64,000 nucleotides of DNA from the human T2T-CHM13v2.0 reference genome, Homo sapiens. The stretch lies in the NCBI RefSeq assembly GCF_009914755.1, contig NC_060930.1, one strand, 5' to 3'. The notes beneath the pieces were generated by a model. It made no database searches. It was not told the DNA's origin and saw only the letters and a program-made list of their open reading frames with translations. Shown piece after piece: positions 13,359-27,495 of the stretch (its first letter is position 1; each line of letters opens with the position of its first letter). The translations under genes were made by a program, and so were the position numbers.

Positions 13359-13819
13359 CGAAAAGACAAAAACCAACCCAGTGAGGACTCAGTAGAGAGA
13401 ACTGAAATCGGTTGAATTGGTGGCAAAAGAATGAGCTCATCCAGAGAAGGTATGCAGGGTAAGAAGAGAGGTAAGTCAAGGACCACTGGGCACCCCAAAA
13501 GTCAGAAAAGTCGTTTTCAAAAAAGACTTAACAGTGTATATCCAATCATATTTCTAGTTCTGATTTAACAGCAATTACTCAGTTTAACATGAGTAGGAAG
13601 CCATATTTTCCAGCCTTGCTGAAAGTGGTCATTCTTTTTTTCTTGCTTTTAGTTTATAATTAAGGAAGGTTTATTGAACATCTGTGCTGAGGTCTACTGG
13701 ATTTACTGAGACATAAAAAATAAATTATAAAATCCAGTTCTTGCCCTCAAGGAGCTTATTTTTTAATTGACAAATAAAATTGTATATTTTTACTGTGTAC
13801 AACATGATATTTTAAAGTA

Positions 13820-13980
13820 CAGTCATCCCTCAGTATCTGTGGGGGATTGGTTTCAGAACCCCCTCAGCTACCAAAATCAGACCATGCTCCAGTCCCTTAT
13901 ATAAAACGGTGTAGTATTTGCATGTAACTTAACACACATCCTTTGGTTTACTTTAAATCATCTCTAGATTTTTTATGTTA
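13820..13980 (+). mobile_element. MER2-like Tigger MITE, partial
   Basis: ta|cagtcatccctcagtatctgtgggggattgg terminus. Confidence 0.7.
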
Positions 13981-14261
13981 ACCTAAATAACAAACAGAAA
14001 GAGGCTCTTTAAAAATATTTATTTGGAAATTGAATTTTGCAATAGGAATATGCATGCCATAGTAAATTATGTGTGTATTCAGGGAGGTAAAATAAAACAA
14101 AGATTTTTAAAGGACAAAAATGACGATGGCATAATTGTTTTAAAATAAGTATCCTTTGCTGCAAAGATGAATAACAAGGGCAATAATCCCAGTATTTTTT
14201 TGTGTAAGACTGCAATGGCCATTGTGGAAGGTTGTGGTTCTTATAGTCTTTTGTGATCGTG

Positions 14262-14262
<1 letters not shown>

Positions 14263-14296
<34 letters not shown>

Positions 14297-14578
14297 GTTT
14301 GTCTTTTGGAGACAGGGTCTTGCTGTATTGCCCAGGCTGGAATGCAATGGTGCGATCAGGGCTCACTACAGCTTCGAGGCTCAAGTGATCCTCCCACCTC
14401 AGCCTCCTGAGTAGCTGAGACTACAGGCGCATGACACTACTGGCTAATTTTTAGTTTTTGTAGAGAAGGGGTCTAACTATGCTGCCCAGGCTGGTCTCAA
14501 ACTCCTAGGCTCAAGTGATCCTCCCACCTCTGCCTCTTAAAGTGCTGTGATTACAGGCATGTACCTCTGCACCTGGCT
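14263..14578 (-). mobile_element. AluJ with (TTG)n-converted tail
   Basis: AluJ-type ctcaagtgatcctccc; TTG microsatellite at the tail. Confidence 0.88.
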
Positions 14579-14759
14579 TTTGTGATTGCTTTTATTAGAC
14601 ATTTAAGCCAAGCACTTGTCTCCATTTGCTTAGTTCCAACTGGTTGAATTATACCAAATTGCTAATATCTTACTGTTTTTAACCTTCAAAAATGGCAGTT
14701 TCAGATGTCCAATCTTATAAAATAGAGGCAACATCATCCTAGAGTTAGGGAAACAGGAG

Positions 14760-15494
14760 TGTAGGAGAGCCAGGGTGACAGCATTTTAAAATCAACTCCA
14801 TCTTACAATGAGAACACATAGACACAGGGAGGGGAACAACACACACCAGGGCCAGTCGGGGGGTGGGGGAGTGAGGGGAGGGGGAGCATTAGGACAAATA
14901 TCTAATACATACCGGGCTTAAAACCTAGATGATGGGTTAATAGGTGCAGCAAACCACCATGGCACACTACACCATGGCACAACTACACGTTGTGCGCTTG
15001 TATTCTGGAACTTAAACTAGATTAAAAAACAAAAAAATCAGCTCCATCTTAAGATGTCTACAGCTGAGGAAATAGCTTAATAATACCTGGAAGGACAAAT
15101 TCCTATGACAGTAGAATGTCCAGATGTTCCAATATTGCATAATGCTAAACACCTTTAAGGTAATTATAGTCATGCTTTCACGTATTTACGCATGAAAATG
15201 CCAAGGATACCTTTCTTTAAATTAACAAAGTACTAATTTTTTTCATTCTGTTAGCCCACTCGCACGTAGACATTGCTTAGCTTACCTTTTACAGAGATAA
15301 GACCCCTATCGAATAAAAACAAAGAAGAGGCATTCCTCCTCTTGCTTTCTGAGAATGCTCTACTCTGTAACTGAGTAGCTTTCAATAAAATGTTACTTCT
15401 CATGGCACTGGGTGACTCGCCTTACATTCCTTCCTGTGCGAGATCCAAGAACCCTCTTTTAGGATCTGGATCAGGACACCTTTTTTGGGTAACA
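14760..15494 (+). mobile_element. ERV1 MER4-group solo LTR (MER41/LTR26-like), interrupted by L1
   Basis: TG...CA ends; 3' end (agatccaagaaccctc...tctggatcaggac...taaca) homologous to the LTR at 4439-4993; no TSD found. Confidence 0.7.
14806..15033 (+). mobile_element. 5'-truncated L1PA (approx. PA7/8) 3' end
   Basis: L1 3' UTR with G-tract and A-tail; 18-bp TSD aaaatca(a/g)ctccatctta. Confidence 0.88.
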
Positions 15495-16343
15495 CTCAGC
15501 CTTGTTCACCTGAAAGTGTAACTAAGGTAGCAGCATGACTGCTATTACACAGGCTTGGGGAGAAATGAAAACTCCTGTTATAATAGTTCTGGCACTCTAT
15601 GACAGGTACCCCAAAGGCATTTTATTCCTTTGAAGCCCCTGACATCATCAACCTACTTGTTCTTGAAGACCCTTAGAGTTGCCCTCATCCTGAGACAGTC
15701 TTACTCATTTTATCTATCTATTCTACCTACCTACCTACCCACCTACCTACCTGATACATTTTCAGAGGCCCTGAGAAGTCTTCTTAGCCTCAACCCTTCA
15801 CTCATCTGCTCAGTAGTAGGTAAAATTGCTTGCACAGAAGTCAAGAGCTTCAAATCTCAGTTTAAGAGCTTTGTATACTCCCAGAAGAGGGAAACATTTG
15901 ACTTAAATTCAGCCTTAGCTATAAGCGATTGGTGTAAGACCCTATTCTAACAAGTGGGTTTTCTTATCAGGAAAGATGGTTGAGAGCTTGAAATGGCTTC
16001 TTCAGGGTTTCTGAAGGGGCAACATGGGCCCAACGTGATGCCAAAAAGACAAATGCCCATGACTACACAGTAAAGTCACTGTTCTGATGGCGAGAGGCAC
16101 ACTTAGGGATTCACCAATGCAAGTTTGATTGGTAGATCATGTTCCTAGAAAATCCTGTCAAGGAGTCAAAGAATGTTTAGAAAATGAATTTCCTGTGACA
16201 TTCTTTATGTAGTTCATGAAGTTATGAACTTCTTTTGAAGGTTTATATTGTATATGAGAATGTGCTGTGAAAAGCTAAAAGACATACAAGGCAGGTTAAA
16301 ATGATGAAATCAGGAACAAGAAACTGTTTCCACCTGCTTTTGC

Positions 16344-16678
<335 letters not shown>

Positions 16679-16898
16679 TAACAAAACCTCCACATTGCAG
16701 GATAACTCTTCATTCTGCTGCTCTAAGTGCATGCATCTAATTTCATAGCAGTAGCACGATAGATACTAAGCATTCAGGAGAAGTTAGAAAACATCGAAGT
16801 TCCAAATGGACTAACTAAGGACAAAAATTAGAAAATACTAATGGAAGAACATGAAAACAAAAACAGAACACTCAAATCAATTTTTCTTAAACTTCAAC

Positions 16899-16904
16899 TT
16901 TATT
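16899..16904 (-). terminator. Distal poly(A) signal of CILK1
   Basis: AATAAA on the minus strand followed ~25 nt later by a U/GU-rich tract (gtgttctgtttttgttttc). Confidence 0.75.
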
Positions 16905-18964
16905 TGGACCAGGAAATTTTTCCTTACATAAGGTTGACATGTTTTAAACACCTTAGGACAAACTATTTAAAAAGCAACATTTTTTATTTCAGAAGGGTCT
17001 TGCTTAAGTGGTTTTCTGAATTCTTCTCGTTATTATGAATATGTGCTTTATAAATAAATATATTGTCGGTTACTCCATTGTAATCAAATCAGCTGACTAA
17101 TTGCTATCTGTACTGAGTTATCTGAGATCAGAAGACTTGATGCAGGTCATTTAAAATTCACATTAGCACAGTGTCTATGAGAAATTGATAATACAGATTA
17201 ATGTGATATTTACCTCTAGTTTGTTTTCCTAATGGCTTCCATGAGAAGGTCCTCACAATAAATTATATAACAGTACAGTACATTTGTTTGGAAATCGTAA
17301 AAATAATTCTACAAATTAGCTCCATATATTATGTTGCTACAGTATGGTTTAAATGATATAAAATAATTAGTATGTCAAACATCTTCTTATAAACATATTG
17401 CTTTTGGTCATACACTGAACTGAAATGTACAGCATAAATTCCTTTTTTTCCTCTCCTGAATGGCACAAAACAATGGCTTGATGGTAGGGAAATGCTACTT
17501 CATGAGAAAGCATGGTGCCCATCAACTCCAACAGTACCTGTATTTGCACTCAAAAATAAAATAATTCTTGTGTTGTCTTGATTGTATACAATTTTTGATA
17601 ACTCCAGAAGATGACACAGTGTTACTTTATTAGATGTATATAGTCCTTTAGGCAAGAGATACATTTAAAAAATTATTTGAAAATCAAGTTTCTTCCTACA
17701 TAAATCCTATCACACATGGGCTGGGTGAGGGCTTGGTAATTAATGGAATTTTTTTGTAAAATGAACAATCATGTCAAGAGTAGTTTTTATGCAAATGCAG
17801 TTTTCCCTACTCTGCTGGCACTACCTGGGGCACATCAATACCCCTACAACGCACCTTCGTCACTGAATTTCTGTCTCATTTCGGCACGAAATGAGAACCA
17901 ACCCTGTATCATTTCCTGACATCCCAGTAAGCTTTCTGACTGTAAATGAGGTATAGTCCTGATAGGTACAGTTACAGGTATATCATTTCTGTTGGTGTCT
18001 TACATTACATTTCATAATTGTATAGTAACAAAAAATAGAGGTAACAAGTAGCATTTTGTTTTCATGTAACAAGAAATGGCTGCAGGTTCTCAGTCAGAAC
18101 AGAAACAGAGAGACAAAAGAAATGGTTACTATTCCCTTCTATAGTGCATAGGTTTTTTTACACAATTTGTCCTTTACCCATTTCAGAGAAGGGGAGGAAG
18201 AGTAATTCACAGCATTTGCTAGTTAAAATTTGTTTTTTCAGTCCTCTAGTTTTCTCAACTGCACATCAGCTACTTGATTTTTTTTATGAATATGTGTTTG
18301 GCTTCCCCAGGGAAGTTGCTTGCTGGTAAACAAACGAAAGCATAAAAAGAAAAAAGCGAAGTATTTTCTGAAGTTGGGCCCTATAAAGTATTAGAAAAAC
18401 AATTTTATAATGTGCAATAATCAGGTAACTAGGTTTTTCAGTTAAAAAATGTAATGACCTTATATAAGCTAGATTACTGAGACTATGGTATTAAACAATC
18501 CATTTGCTCCTCTAAGGAATATTTACAATTTAAAACCTGCTTTCCAGCAAGCTGGGCCAGGTTTCACATTAATTTACTTTTCATATATAATACAGAAAAT
18601 GAAAATAAATATTAACCTTATAGTAAAGGACTCATCTCTGAAAACACATGTTCTGATGCTTTAGATAACGAGTTGAGAATATAATACAGAAATGAATTCA
18701 GCTTCAAGTTGTGCTTGCATATATATTTTCTGAAGCTTTGCTGCCAGCTTGTTAACAGGAAAAGACCACCTATCACATCCACATCCATTATGTGCTTTTC
18801 TCATGCCCCTAGGGATCATGGTGCTTGGTCAAGTATATATTTGAGTCAAATTCTCCAAAGCATAAATTACTCTCCGATTTTAGGTTAGGGCCCTTTGGAA
18901 GCCATGGTTATTTGTTCAGAATGCAACATATTATTAATACACCAAGGCAATAATTTACCAAGTC

Positions 18965-19345
18965 ATTAGGTTGAACCATATGAAAGTGTCTATATTCATT
19001 TCACCTATCATTTTAACCTATAAAAATGATCACTTGGCTGGGTGCAGTGGCTCATGCCTGTAATCCCAGTACTTTGGGAGGTGGAGGAGGGTGGATCACG
19101 AGGTCAGGAGATCGAGGCCGTCCTGGCTAACACAGTGAAACCCCGTCTCTACTAAAAATACAAAAAATTAGCTGGGCGTGGTGGCGGGCGCCTGTAGTCC
19201 CAGTTACTCAGGAGGCTTGAACCTGGGAGGCAGAGGTTGCAGAGAGCTAAGATCGCGCCACTGCACTCCAGCCTGGGTGACAGAGTGAGACTCTGTCTCA
19301 AAAAAAAAATAAAAAATAAAAGATTACTTACATATGGTTCAATTT
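18965..19345. mobile_element. MADE2-like mariner MITE split by an Alu, in the CILK1 3' UTR
   Basis: TIR cores ttgaaccatatg (18971-18982) and catatggttcaa (19331-19342). Confidence 0.7.
19036..19321 (+). mobile_element. AluSc-like in the CILK1 3' UTR (antisense to the mRNA)
   Basis: Dimer with ~17-nt internal deletion at gct microhomology; A-tail. Confidence 0.9.
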
Positions 19346-20726
19346 GTCATTATCCTGGAACCAATAGAGAGTAGTTTGAGCCCTAGGAGAATATGAATCA
19401 ATACACTGTTGAGATTGCATTGCGTTCACTGATGGTGACCTTCCCTCTTGCCTTTAAGGCAACCATAAGTGAGGCAAATGTACCATATAGAGATGGATGA
19501 GACTGGACCTTTTGTCTTTTTCTGTCTCCAAACTGACTTTGTCATTTTTGAAACTGCTGTAAACATTCCTCTCAATGGAACAGCCTCTGCCCAACAAATA
19601 AAGTTCTCACTCTTGAAAGAAACTACACCAGGGTTAGGAGATCAAATGTGGCATGTGACTGTGACTTTGTAGATGAGTGGAACCTCTGCCATAACTCTTT
19701 CTGCTCCCCAAATTGTCCTGAGAATTTGGCTAGGACAGAACATTAGTCATTGACTGCTCCTAGCCAGATCTGGAGAACTGAGCTAGGCACAAAATTCCAT
19801 CTCAGTTACTATAATCAAAAACCTTCTGCTGCTTTGATACTTAGTTTTTTGGCCATGCATCTTGGCAGGAATGTAAGTTTGATTGACTGTGTTAACCTTC
19901 ATGTTGAGAGCCTTTTGAAGCAGAAATCTCTTTTATTGGTACACATACAACTTGATTTCAAAAATGGAATAAATTAGAATATAATGGCATAGTATAATTA
20001 AGCTTGGTTTCATCTGAGATCTGCAACCACATTAAAGGGTGTCAGAAAAATTTTTTAAAATGTATTTACTTAGAGTTCTTTCATCTGGGGAACAAAAGTA
20101 AAACAAAGTGAATTATATAATATAATAGTCCTTTTAGAACAGCAGAGTGGTATCCAAAAATCAAACCAATGACCTACTAAGAAAAGCAGAGGATCACTTT
20201 TCTAACAACAGTCCAAGAAGGCCTGAAGTACCTAGTGAGCCACACTTGAAATTTCACCACTTCATAAATATCTGCACACACTGAGTAAATAACCCTCTAT
20301 CACATAGCCTTAAATTGCACCCCTGTTGCAATACTGCATTAATATTATTACATTTTTCAAAATCTGTAGAAAATATTATCTGGAACCCCAAAGGAAAATC
20401 AATTAATTTTTAAAAAGTTCATTACAAAGTTGACTGTATAAAATGCTAAAACATAATCCATATATACAAAATGCTGTTGTTTAAGAAAATAATGGGACCC
20501 AGTTTTAGAATAAAATAATTTTATACAAAAAAGCCTACTGCATTCAAATCAATATTTTAAAAAAAAACTTTAAAAAAGAATATTGACATGTCTTAGTTCA
20601 GAAGAATAACTATAAAGTGTTGATTTGCTTTTATGCCCTCTGCACATCTTGCAGGTAGAACACCAGTCAGCTGAGGGAAAGTATCCTGCTTCTCCCTAGG
20701 AAGAGATTCATCACCAAGGCAGACAG

Positions 20727-20881
20727 TCATCGCCGAGATGCGTACTTGGAAGCCCAGTCTGTCCGGCCATGCACTGGCTGGGCGGCTGGAGGCCGTGGTA
20801 TCAACCCAGGAGTGCTTCTAGGCTGGGTGTGGAAGAATGGTCGCCCAGGATGAGGTCTCATGGCCTTCAGGGAGGAATAAC
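20727..20881 (-). CDS. CILK1: CILK1 coding exon 13/13 ([16 protein letters not shown]...[15 protein letters not shown])
   Basis: 155 nt to TGA; conserved MAK/ICK C-terminal HGRTDW motif; cumulative CDS 1899 nt. Confidence 0.96.
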
Positions 20882-21039
20882 CTGCAATGAAAGAAAAAGG
20901 CCGGCATGACTGATATGGGGCCAATGTAAGCAAAGTACAAATAAATGCATTTTGGTGACAAAAACATGAGAAAATAAGGAGTTCAAGAGGAGCATCTTGT
21001 CTCCTACTTATAATCTTCTCTACTGCAGTTAAAGACATC

Positions 21040-21875
21040 GTTTTAAAGTTGTCAGGCCAAAAATAATGGCATCATTCTTGACCCCTCTTTTTTTCATATA
21101 CCACATATAATTTGTCAGGATATCCTATTAGTTCTACCTTCCAAATATTTACAGAACCTGGCAACTTTTTACCAACTGAACTACTACCACGCTGGCCCAA
21201 GCTAGCATCATTTCTTACCTGGATAATTTCAACATCCTCCTAATTGGATTCCCTGCTTCCTACCTTGCCCCTACTTCAGTCTCATGACAACAGCAGCTTG
21301 AGGGAGCCTGTGGAGATGGCTGTCAGATCACCTCACTTATGGACTCAAAGCCCTCCAGGGACTCCACGTCACTCAGAATCCATGACAATGTGCTTACAGG
21401 CATCGTATCACCCCTGACCTCATCTTGCTACTCCCCCTCTCACTCCTGTCACTCCCACACTCTGGCCTCCTTGCTGCTCCTTGAATTTGCCAGGCCAGTT
21501 CTGCCTGAAAGCTCAAGCACAGAACAATCTCCTGTCTGGAAAAGCCTCACTCATACTGTATGCTTGCTCAATCACCTCCTCCAGGTCTCTACTCAACAAC
21601 TCCTTTGCAGTGAGCTCTTCTTTAGCTACTCTATCTAAAATTGTAACCTGTACCCCACACTCCAACCCCCACAATCCCTACCTCCTGTCTGCTGTATTTT
21701 TCTCCTTAGCACTAAGTCAGTAAGCATCTGACTTACTATATGTTATATAGCACTTATTTAGCTTACTTATTGTCTGTAGAGTGCAAGTTTCATTTATTGG
21801 TGGATCCCAGGCCTAAAACATGCCTGGCACAAAGCAGTTGTTGAGTAACCATTTGTTGAGTAAATTCATGAATAA
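21040..21875. mobile_element. L2 fragment
   Basis: Diverged L2-like sequence (tgcctggcac...catttgttga); limits approximate. Confidence 0.55.
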
Positions 21876-21892
21876 TTTAAAATACAACTCAC

Positions 21893-22015
21893 CAGGGGAA
21901 GGGTCTGGAATAGGTGCTAGGTGTACCCTCTGCATAGCAGAACCGATTTCTTTTTTCAGAAAGGAAGGGACATAGTTTCCAGTCAGTCCACTAGAACTTG
22001 TAGAGCTGGAACCAA
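21893..22015 (-). CDS. CILK1: CILK1 coding exon 12/13 ([40 protein letters not shown])
   Basis: 123 nt, AG/GTGAGT, phase 1-1. Confidence 0.94.
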
Positions 22016-23225
22016 CTGATTTGCAAAAGCAAAAAGCTCATTATTACAAAGACATGTACCCAGGACACCAACAAGGTTAAATGACAGCACTGCAGAGCAA
22101 TAACAAACTAAGTTTTTACTTTTAGGGAAAAGAGCAAATCATGATAAAAATGAGTTCAGAGCCAAGCATCCCACCATACTACCCTGTCAGAAAGACTGCG
22201 GGGGCCAAAGACAGTGCTGCTCCTGTGAGGGGCAACCAAATAGAGGGTGGGTTGGTTGTGAAATTTTTTTAAAAAAGGGAAATATGACATTTGTTCTTTA
22301 TTTTCTTTTGTAAAAGTAGATTTAGACTATTCTAAAATTTGCTTTTTTCACTCCATAATATAGAATAGTTATCCTTCCATGTGAGTACATATAAATTCTA
22401 GAGTATGGCTAAACCATAATCCATTTAACCATTTTCTTATTGATCAACACACAGGTTATATTAAATTATTTAGCTGTGACAAGTAATTACACACTAAATA
22501 TTCTTATCCACATCAGAAAAATTAACCATTTTTTACAATGTGAAATACCTTAACTTTTTATGTCATTTCCACTTGGGAGTGCTTTAAGGGCAGGGACTGT
22601 ATGCTACTCGTCTTGGTATTCTGGGGAGGATAACAGAATGCCTTGCATATAGCAGATAATCAATTAATTTTGGATGGGTGAATGAATATAATTCTTATTA
22701 TTTAGGCTTAAAGGTACACATGGAATAATGAAGACTGTTATTATTGCCCGTTATAGAAATGGAAATTCTAACCATTAAGAAAAGTCAGTAAGTAGTAGAG
22801 TTGCTCTGTTTTCACAACACAGAGCTTTTTCAGCAATTGTTTAAGGCAGAGTGGAAACACAGTCTAGAATGCCTGCGTGAGGAGTTGCGTTGGTCAGCTG
22901 GGGTGTATTTTGTACTTTGGTGAATGAAGAAACATGAAGAAAAATGGGAAGAGAATTTGAACAGGTAAGTCACAAAAGAGAAAAAACTTATAGTCAATAA
23001 ACACAAGAAAAGATGATGAACCTCATTAGTAAATAGGACATGCAAGTTTAAACCACAATAGGATACCATTTCTCACTCATCAGATTAGCACAAATTTTAG
23101 TCTTGACAGTACCAAGTGGCATCAAGGATGCAGAGCAACTCCCATATCCCGCTGGAGAGCAAGTAGTTTGGCAATATCTGTGAAGTTGAAGATGAGCACA
23201 CCCTTTAACCTAAAATGTTGACTCT

Positions 23226-23688
<463 letters not shown>

Positions 23689-24005
23689 TTATCAAGAAGA
23701 GAAGGCATACATAAATTATGGTCCACATAAATAATAAGTTATGGTGTTGTATAGATATATATTGTATATGTTATATAATATATGATATATATCTCTATAA
23801 TTGCTACACATATATTTATTAAAATGCATGAAGCAGTGATCCAAGATTATCTTCACATAAATTTTAAAACCTGCAAAACCACACTATGAAGTTTATACAA
23901 ACCTAAATAAACACTCGATCAGGCTGGCATGGGGGGAGGTAAGGGGAAGCAGGGAGGCGGGAAAGGCACAGACACTGGGCTTCATGTGTATTTGCCAAGT
24001 TCAAC

Positions 24006-24309
24006 TTTTTTTTTTTTTTTTGAGACAGAATCTCACTCTATCACCCAGGTTGGAGTGCAGTGGCGCAATCTTGGCTCACTGCAACCTCCGCCTCCCAGGT
24101 TCAAGTGATATCCTGCCTCAGCCTCCTGAGTAGCTGGGATTACAGGCCTGCTGCCACCATGCCTGGCTAATTTTTATATTTTAGGTAGAGACAGGGTTTT
24201 ACCATGTTGGCCAGGCTGGTCTCAAACTCCTGACCTCAAGTGATTCACCTGCCTCAGCCTCAGCCTCCCAAAGTGCTGGGATTACAGGCATGAGCCACCA
24301 CACCTGGCC
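24006..24309 (-). mobile_element. AluS
   Basis: Full dimer. Confidence 0.92.
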
Positions 24310-25016
24310 AAAGTTTGACTTCTTAAGCTGGGTGATGGCTACACAGGTGTTGCTATATTATCTCTTTCTTTTTTATTTTCCTTAAATTAAACAAACACCT
24401 AATGGATGAAGGCAGTGCACTTGGCAGTGCAGAGGGGAAAGCAGCACATGGCAGGGGCTGCCTGCATCAGGGAAAAATGATGCAGGAAACGTCTCTACTG
24501 TGAACAGGGTTTGTCAGCCTTGGGACTCAGTAAATTCATTCATCCGTTTAACAAAAAAAGTGGGGAGGGTCTTCCAAACTGTCCACCTTCCAACTAGAAG
24601 GGATCTTGATACTCTGGGCCTGCAGCTGGGTCATCAGAAGGAGGGGACAGGCTGGAACAAGGCAGACACAGCCAAGGGTGACTTCCACCTCAAGAGGAGG
24701 GTGCCTGCTGCAGCCAGGGCTTTAGCCATCAGGCCTAGTAAGAGTCTGTAAAGGTATTTTTGTTTTTCCCTTGAGCCAGGGATGACTATGCTCTACTCCC
24801 CAGCTACCCTGGAAGGCAGACTCCCCTGGGAGCTGGCTGAGTCCCAAGGGACTGCTGCCGAGAAAGAGAGGAGGATAGGGCTGGAAAAGAGGCCTGAGCT
24901 TTCAGATGACAAAGGCCCCTGTGCTTCCAAAGCCCGTCCCATGACTCCTTGTGCCCACCTTCCTGCATCCAGGGAATTTGCTTTTTGCCATTTAGGGGTT
25001 AATGATCATTACTCAC

Positions 25017-25145
25017 CTGAATTTACTTTGCTGATTACTGACATTGTCCCTGAAGATTTTCCAGACAAGCCAGAACTAGACCATGGATTAGGTGGAATAA
25101 ATTCCTTGCCTGGATTCGAGAGTATGCCATTTCTTATACTGATCC
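25017..25145 (-). CDS. CILK1: CILK1 coding exon 11/13 ([42 protein letters not shown])
   Basis: 129 nt, AG/GTGAGT, phase 1-1. Confidence 0.93.
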
Positions 25146-26868
25146 CTGATAGAGAAGAAATGATTTTAAAATGCAAAATACACAATGAATCTTACACTAG
25201 ACTACAAAGATAAAATTAATGCAGAACTCAATTTGTCAAAAACTCTCTATGATACAATAATCAAAGCAAAAACTGACTGTGATGATGTCATCTGACAGAT
25301 GTCCGAGGAAAGATATCTCACTGGTTGGTGGCCCGAGAGAGGCCTCTTATGCTTCTAAGATCCAATGGATCTGTCCCACCTCTTGGCCCTCTGGTGCCAT
25401 CCTGGGCTTCACTGCTGCTGGACATGCTGTTCTTCCCCTTCACAGACTACTTCCTTTCAGTCACCTTTTCAGTTTCTTCTCCATCCCCCACCCATGGCCT
25501 CCAACTCTGCAGCCCTCTGCTCTCCTCTCTCTGTCTTGTCTCCAGAGTTCCATCTTCTCACCCGACCTGGACCATTACTCCCATTCCCACAGGCACTGCA
25601 GCTTTTTTTCAGAACTGAAAGTTTAAATTCCCCCTTTATCCTTCTCCTTCTTCCCCTACAACCAAAAAGAAATAAAATAGCTCTCTGATTCACTCCCTGC
25701 TCCTTTTTGCCTGTGGTCACTGTAATTCGAGGCTTGGCCACTCATACTGGATCACTCTATACCTGTCATCTGGATCTCTCTTCTTCCAGATCATCCTGGG
25801 GCCTGTCAGGCCAATCTTCTAAGAACAAAATGTCAATCCTGATGAAGTCTAGCAATATTTAGAAGCCACATTCCAAACCAGAGGGTGAGGAATTTCATGC
25901 ATCAAGAGGGCCTGCCATTCTCACCCCATTCCTCCCTTCTGACTCCAGCTCAGCCTGTGCCGCCATCTCCCTCACCTGGATGACAGCTACAGCTTGCTGG
26001 CCCCTCCCCTACTCAGCACACAGGTGTTGATACAACCACATCACTCCTTCAGTTAAAACCCTTCAGGGACTTCTCATCGCTCATGAAGCAAAATCCAAAT
26101 TTCTTACAAGGCCCCAAAAATGCCTCATACTACACATTACGTCACCTCCTTTCTCACTATGCTCTGGCCACACTGGCTTCTGCCATTCCTCTCACAGGAC
26201 AAGCCCTCTCCTGCCTCTAGACCTTTGCACTTGCTGTTTCCTCTCTCCCTGGTGTGCTCTGCCCTCAGCTCTCTGCACATTTGGTTCCTTCTCATTCTTT
26301 GGGGCCCAGTCAAGTTGCTTATTCAGAGAGGCCTTACCTGACCATTCTTTTACAATCTGTGATTACTATTTGTCTATTTGTTAAAGTCTCTCTCCCACCA
26401 CTAGCAGATAAGCTGTGTGAGGGTGAGGATGTTGTTTGCAAAGCTGCTGTATAAAGCTGCTGTATAAAGCCACTGTGTAGACTACAGTGTGAAGGAATTC
26501 CCCAGGGTTGTGTGACCCAGTGGCCCTGCCTGGCTGTTTTGTTCACAATAATATTCGCAGTGCTTGGCATGCAGTAGATGCTTGATACATATGTACTGAA
26601 TGAATGATTCACTAATGCTGTAAGTTTGGAATATAGAAAATCAGGAGAGAGGCTTGGATACCCACCAAACTATAGCATTGACATTTAACCCCCATAGTAC
26701 TGCCAGGACAGTGTGACTAAGCTCCTACCCTGGTTTCCCTATTGGCCATTTCCCCTAAACCTGGTCTGGTAGAGGGGCCTCAGACATGCCGCCCAGCTTT
26801 TGCCAGTTCCTCCCTCCCTGGAGGCTGGACCCAGTTTCCTATACCATATTTCTTATCTTGGGTGACTA

Positions 26869-27199
<331 letters not shown>

Positions 27200-27346
27200 T
27201 CAGCAAATATTTCTATGATGTTCCCCTCAGTTCTGAAGGGAAGCCCCCTAGTATCTGCCTTCTAAAACAGAACCTTTGTGAATATGTGATTCCAAGGACA
27301 GGGTTTCTTATTAATAATCAAAGTAAAGCCAAGTCATTTATATTAC

Positions 27347-27495
27347 CAGGCAAGTATCGAGAGTGCTTCAAATAGTGCTGCTTGGCTGCAGATCTCAGGG
27401 TGGGCGTGTCTCGCCGCTGATATGACGTCTGGGTGGGGGCACTGTTTCCTGTGCCCACAGGCTCAGAGGGCTTCAGGTCCAAAACACTCTCAAAC
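27347..27495 (-). CDS. CILK1: CILK1 coding exon 10/13 ([14 protein letters not shown]...[14 protein letters not shown])
   Basis: 149 nt inside ORF 27318..27608; MAK/ICK-type [12 protein letters not shown] motif. Confidence 0.95.

Larger units (their letters stand above)
16875..20726 (-). other. CILK1: CILK1 3' UTR (~3.8 kb; 3' end approximate)
   Basis: AT-rich, repeat-poor stretch between the stop codon and the distal AATAAA. Confidence 0.75.

Noticed and set aside
13985-14260. ERV1-LTR-like fragment between the MER2 and the AluJ
   Set aside because: Family and boundaries could not be assigned without a repeat search
24782-25213. 143-aa plus-strand ORF
   Set aside because: Antisense shadow of a CILK1 exon; no independent gene signals
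26440-26478. 13-bp unit repeated three times (aaagctgctgtat)
   Set aside because: Short degenerate tandem inside L2-like sequence; not CRISPR-like
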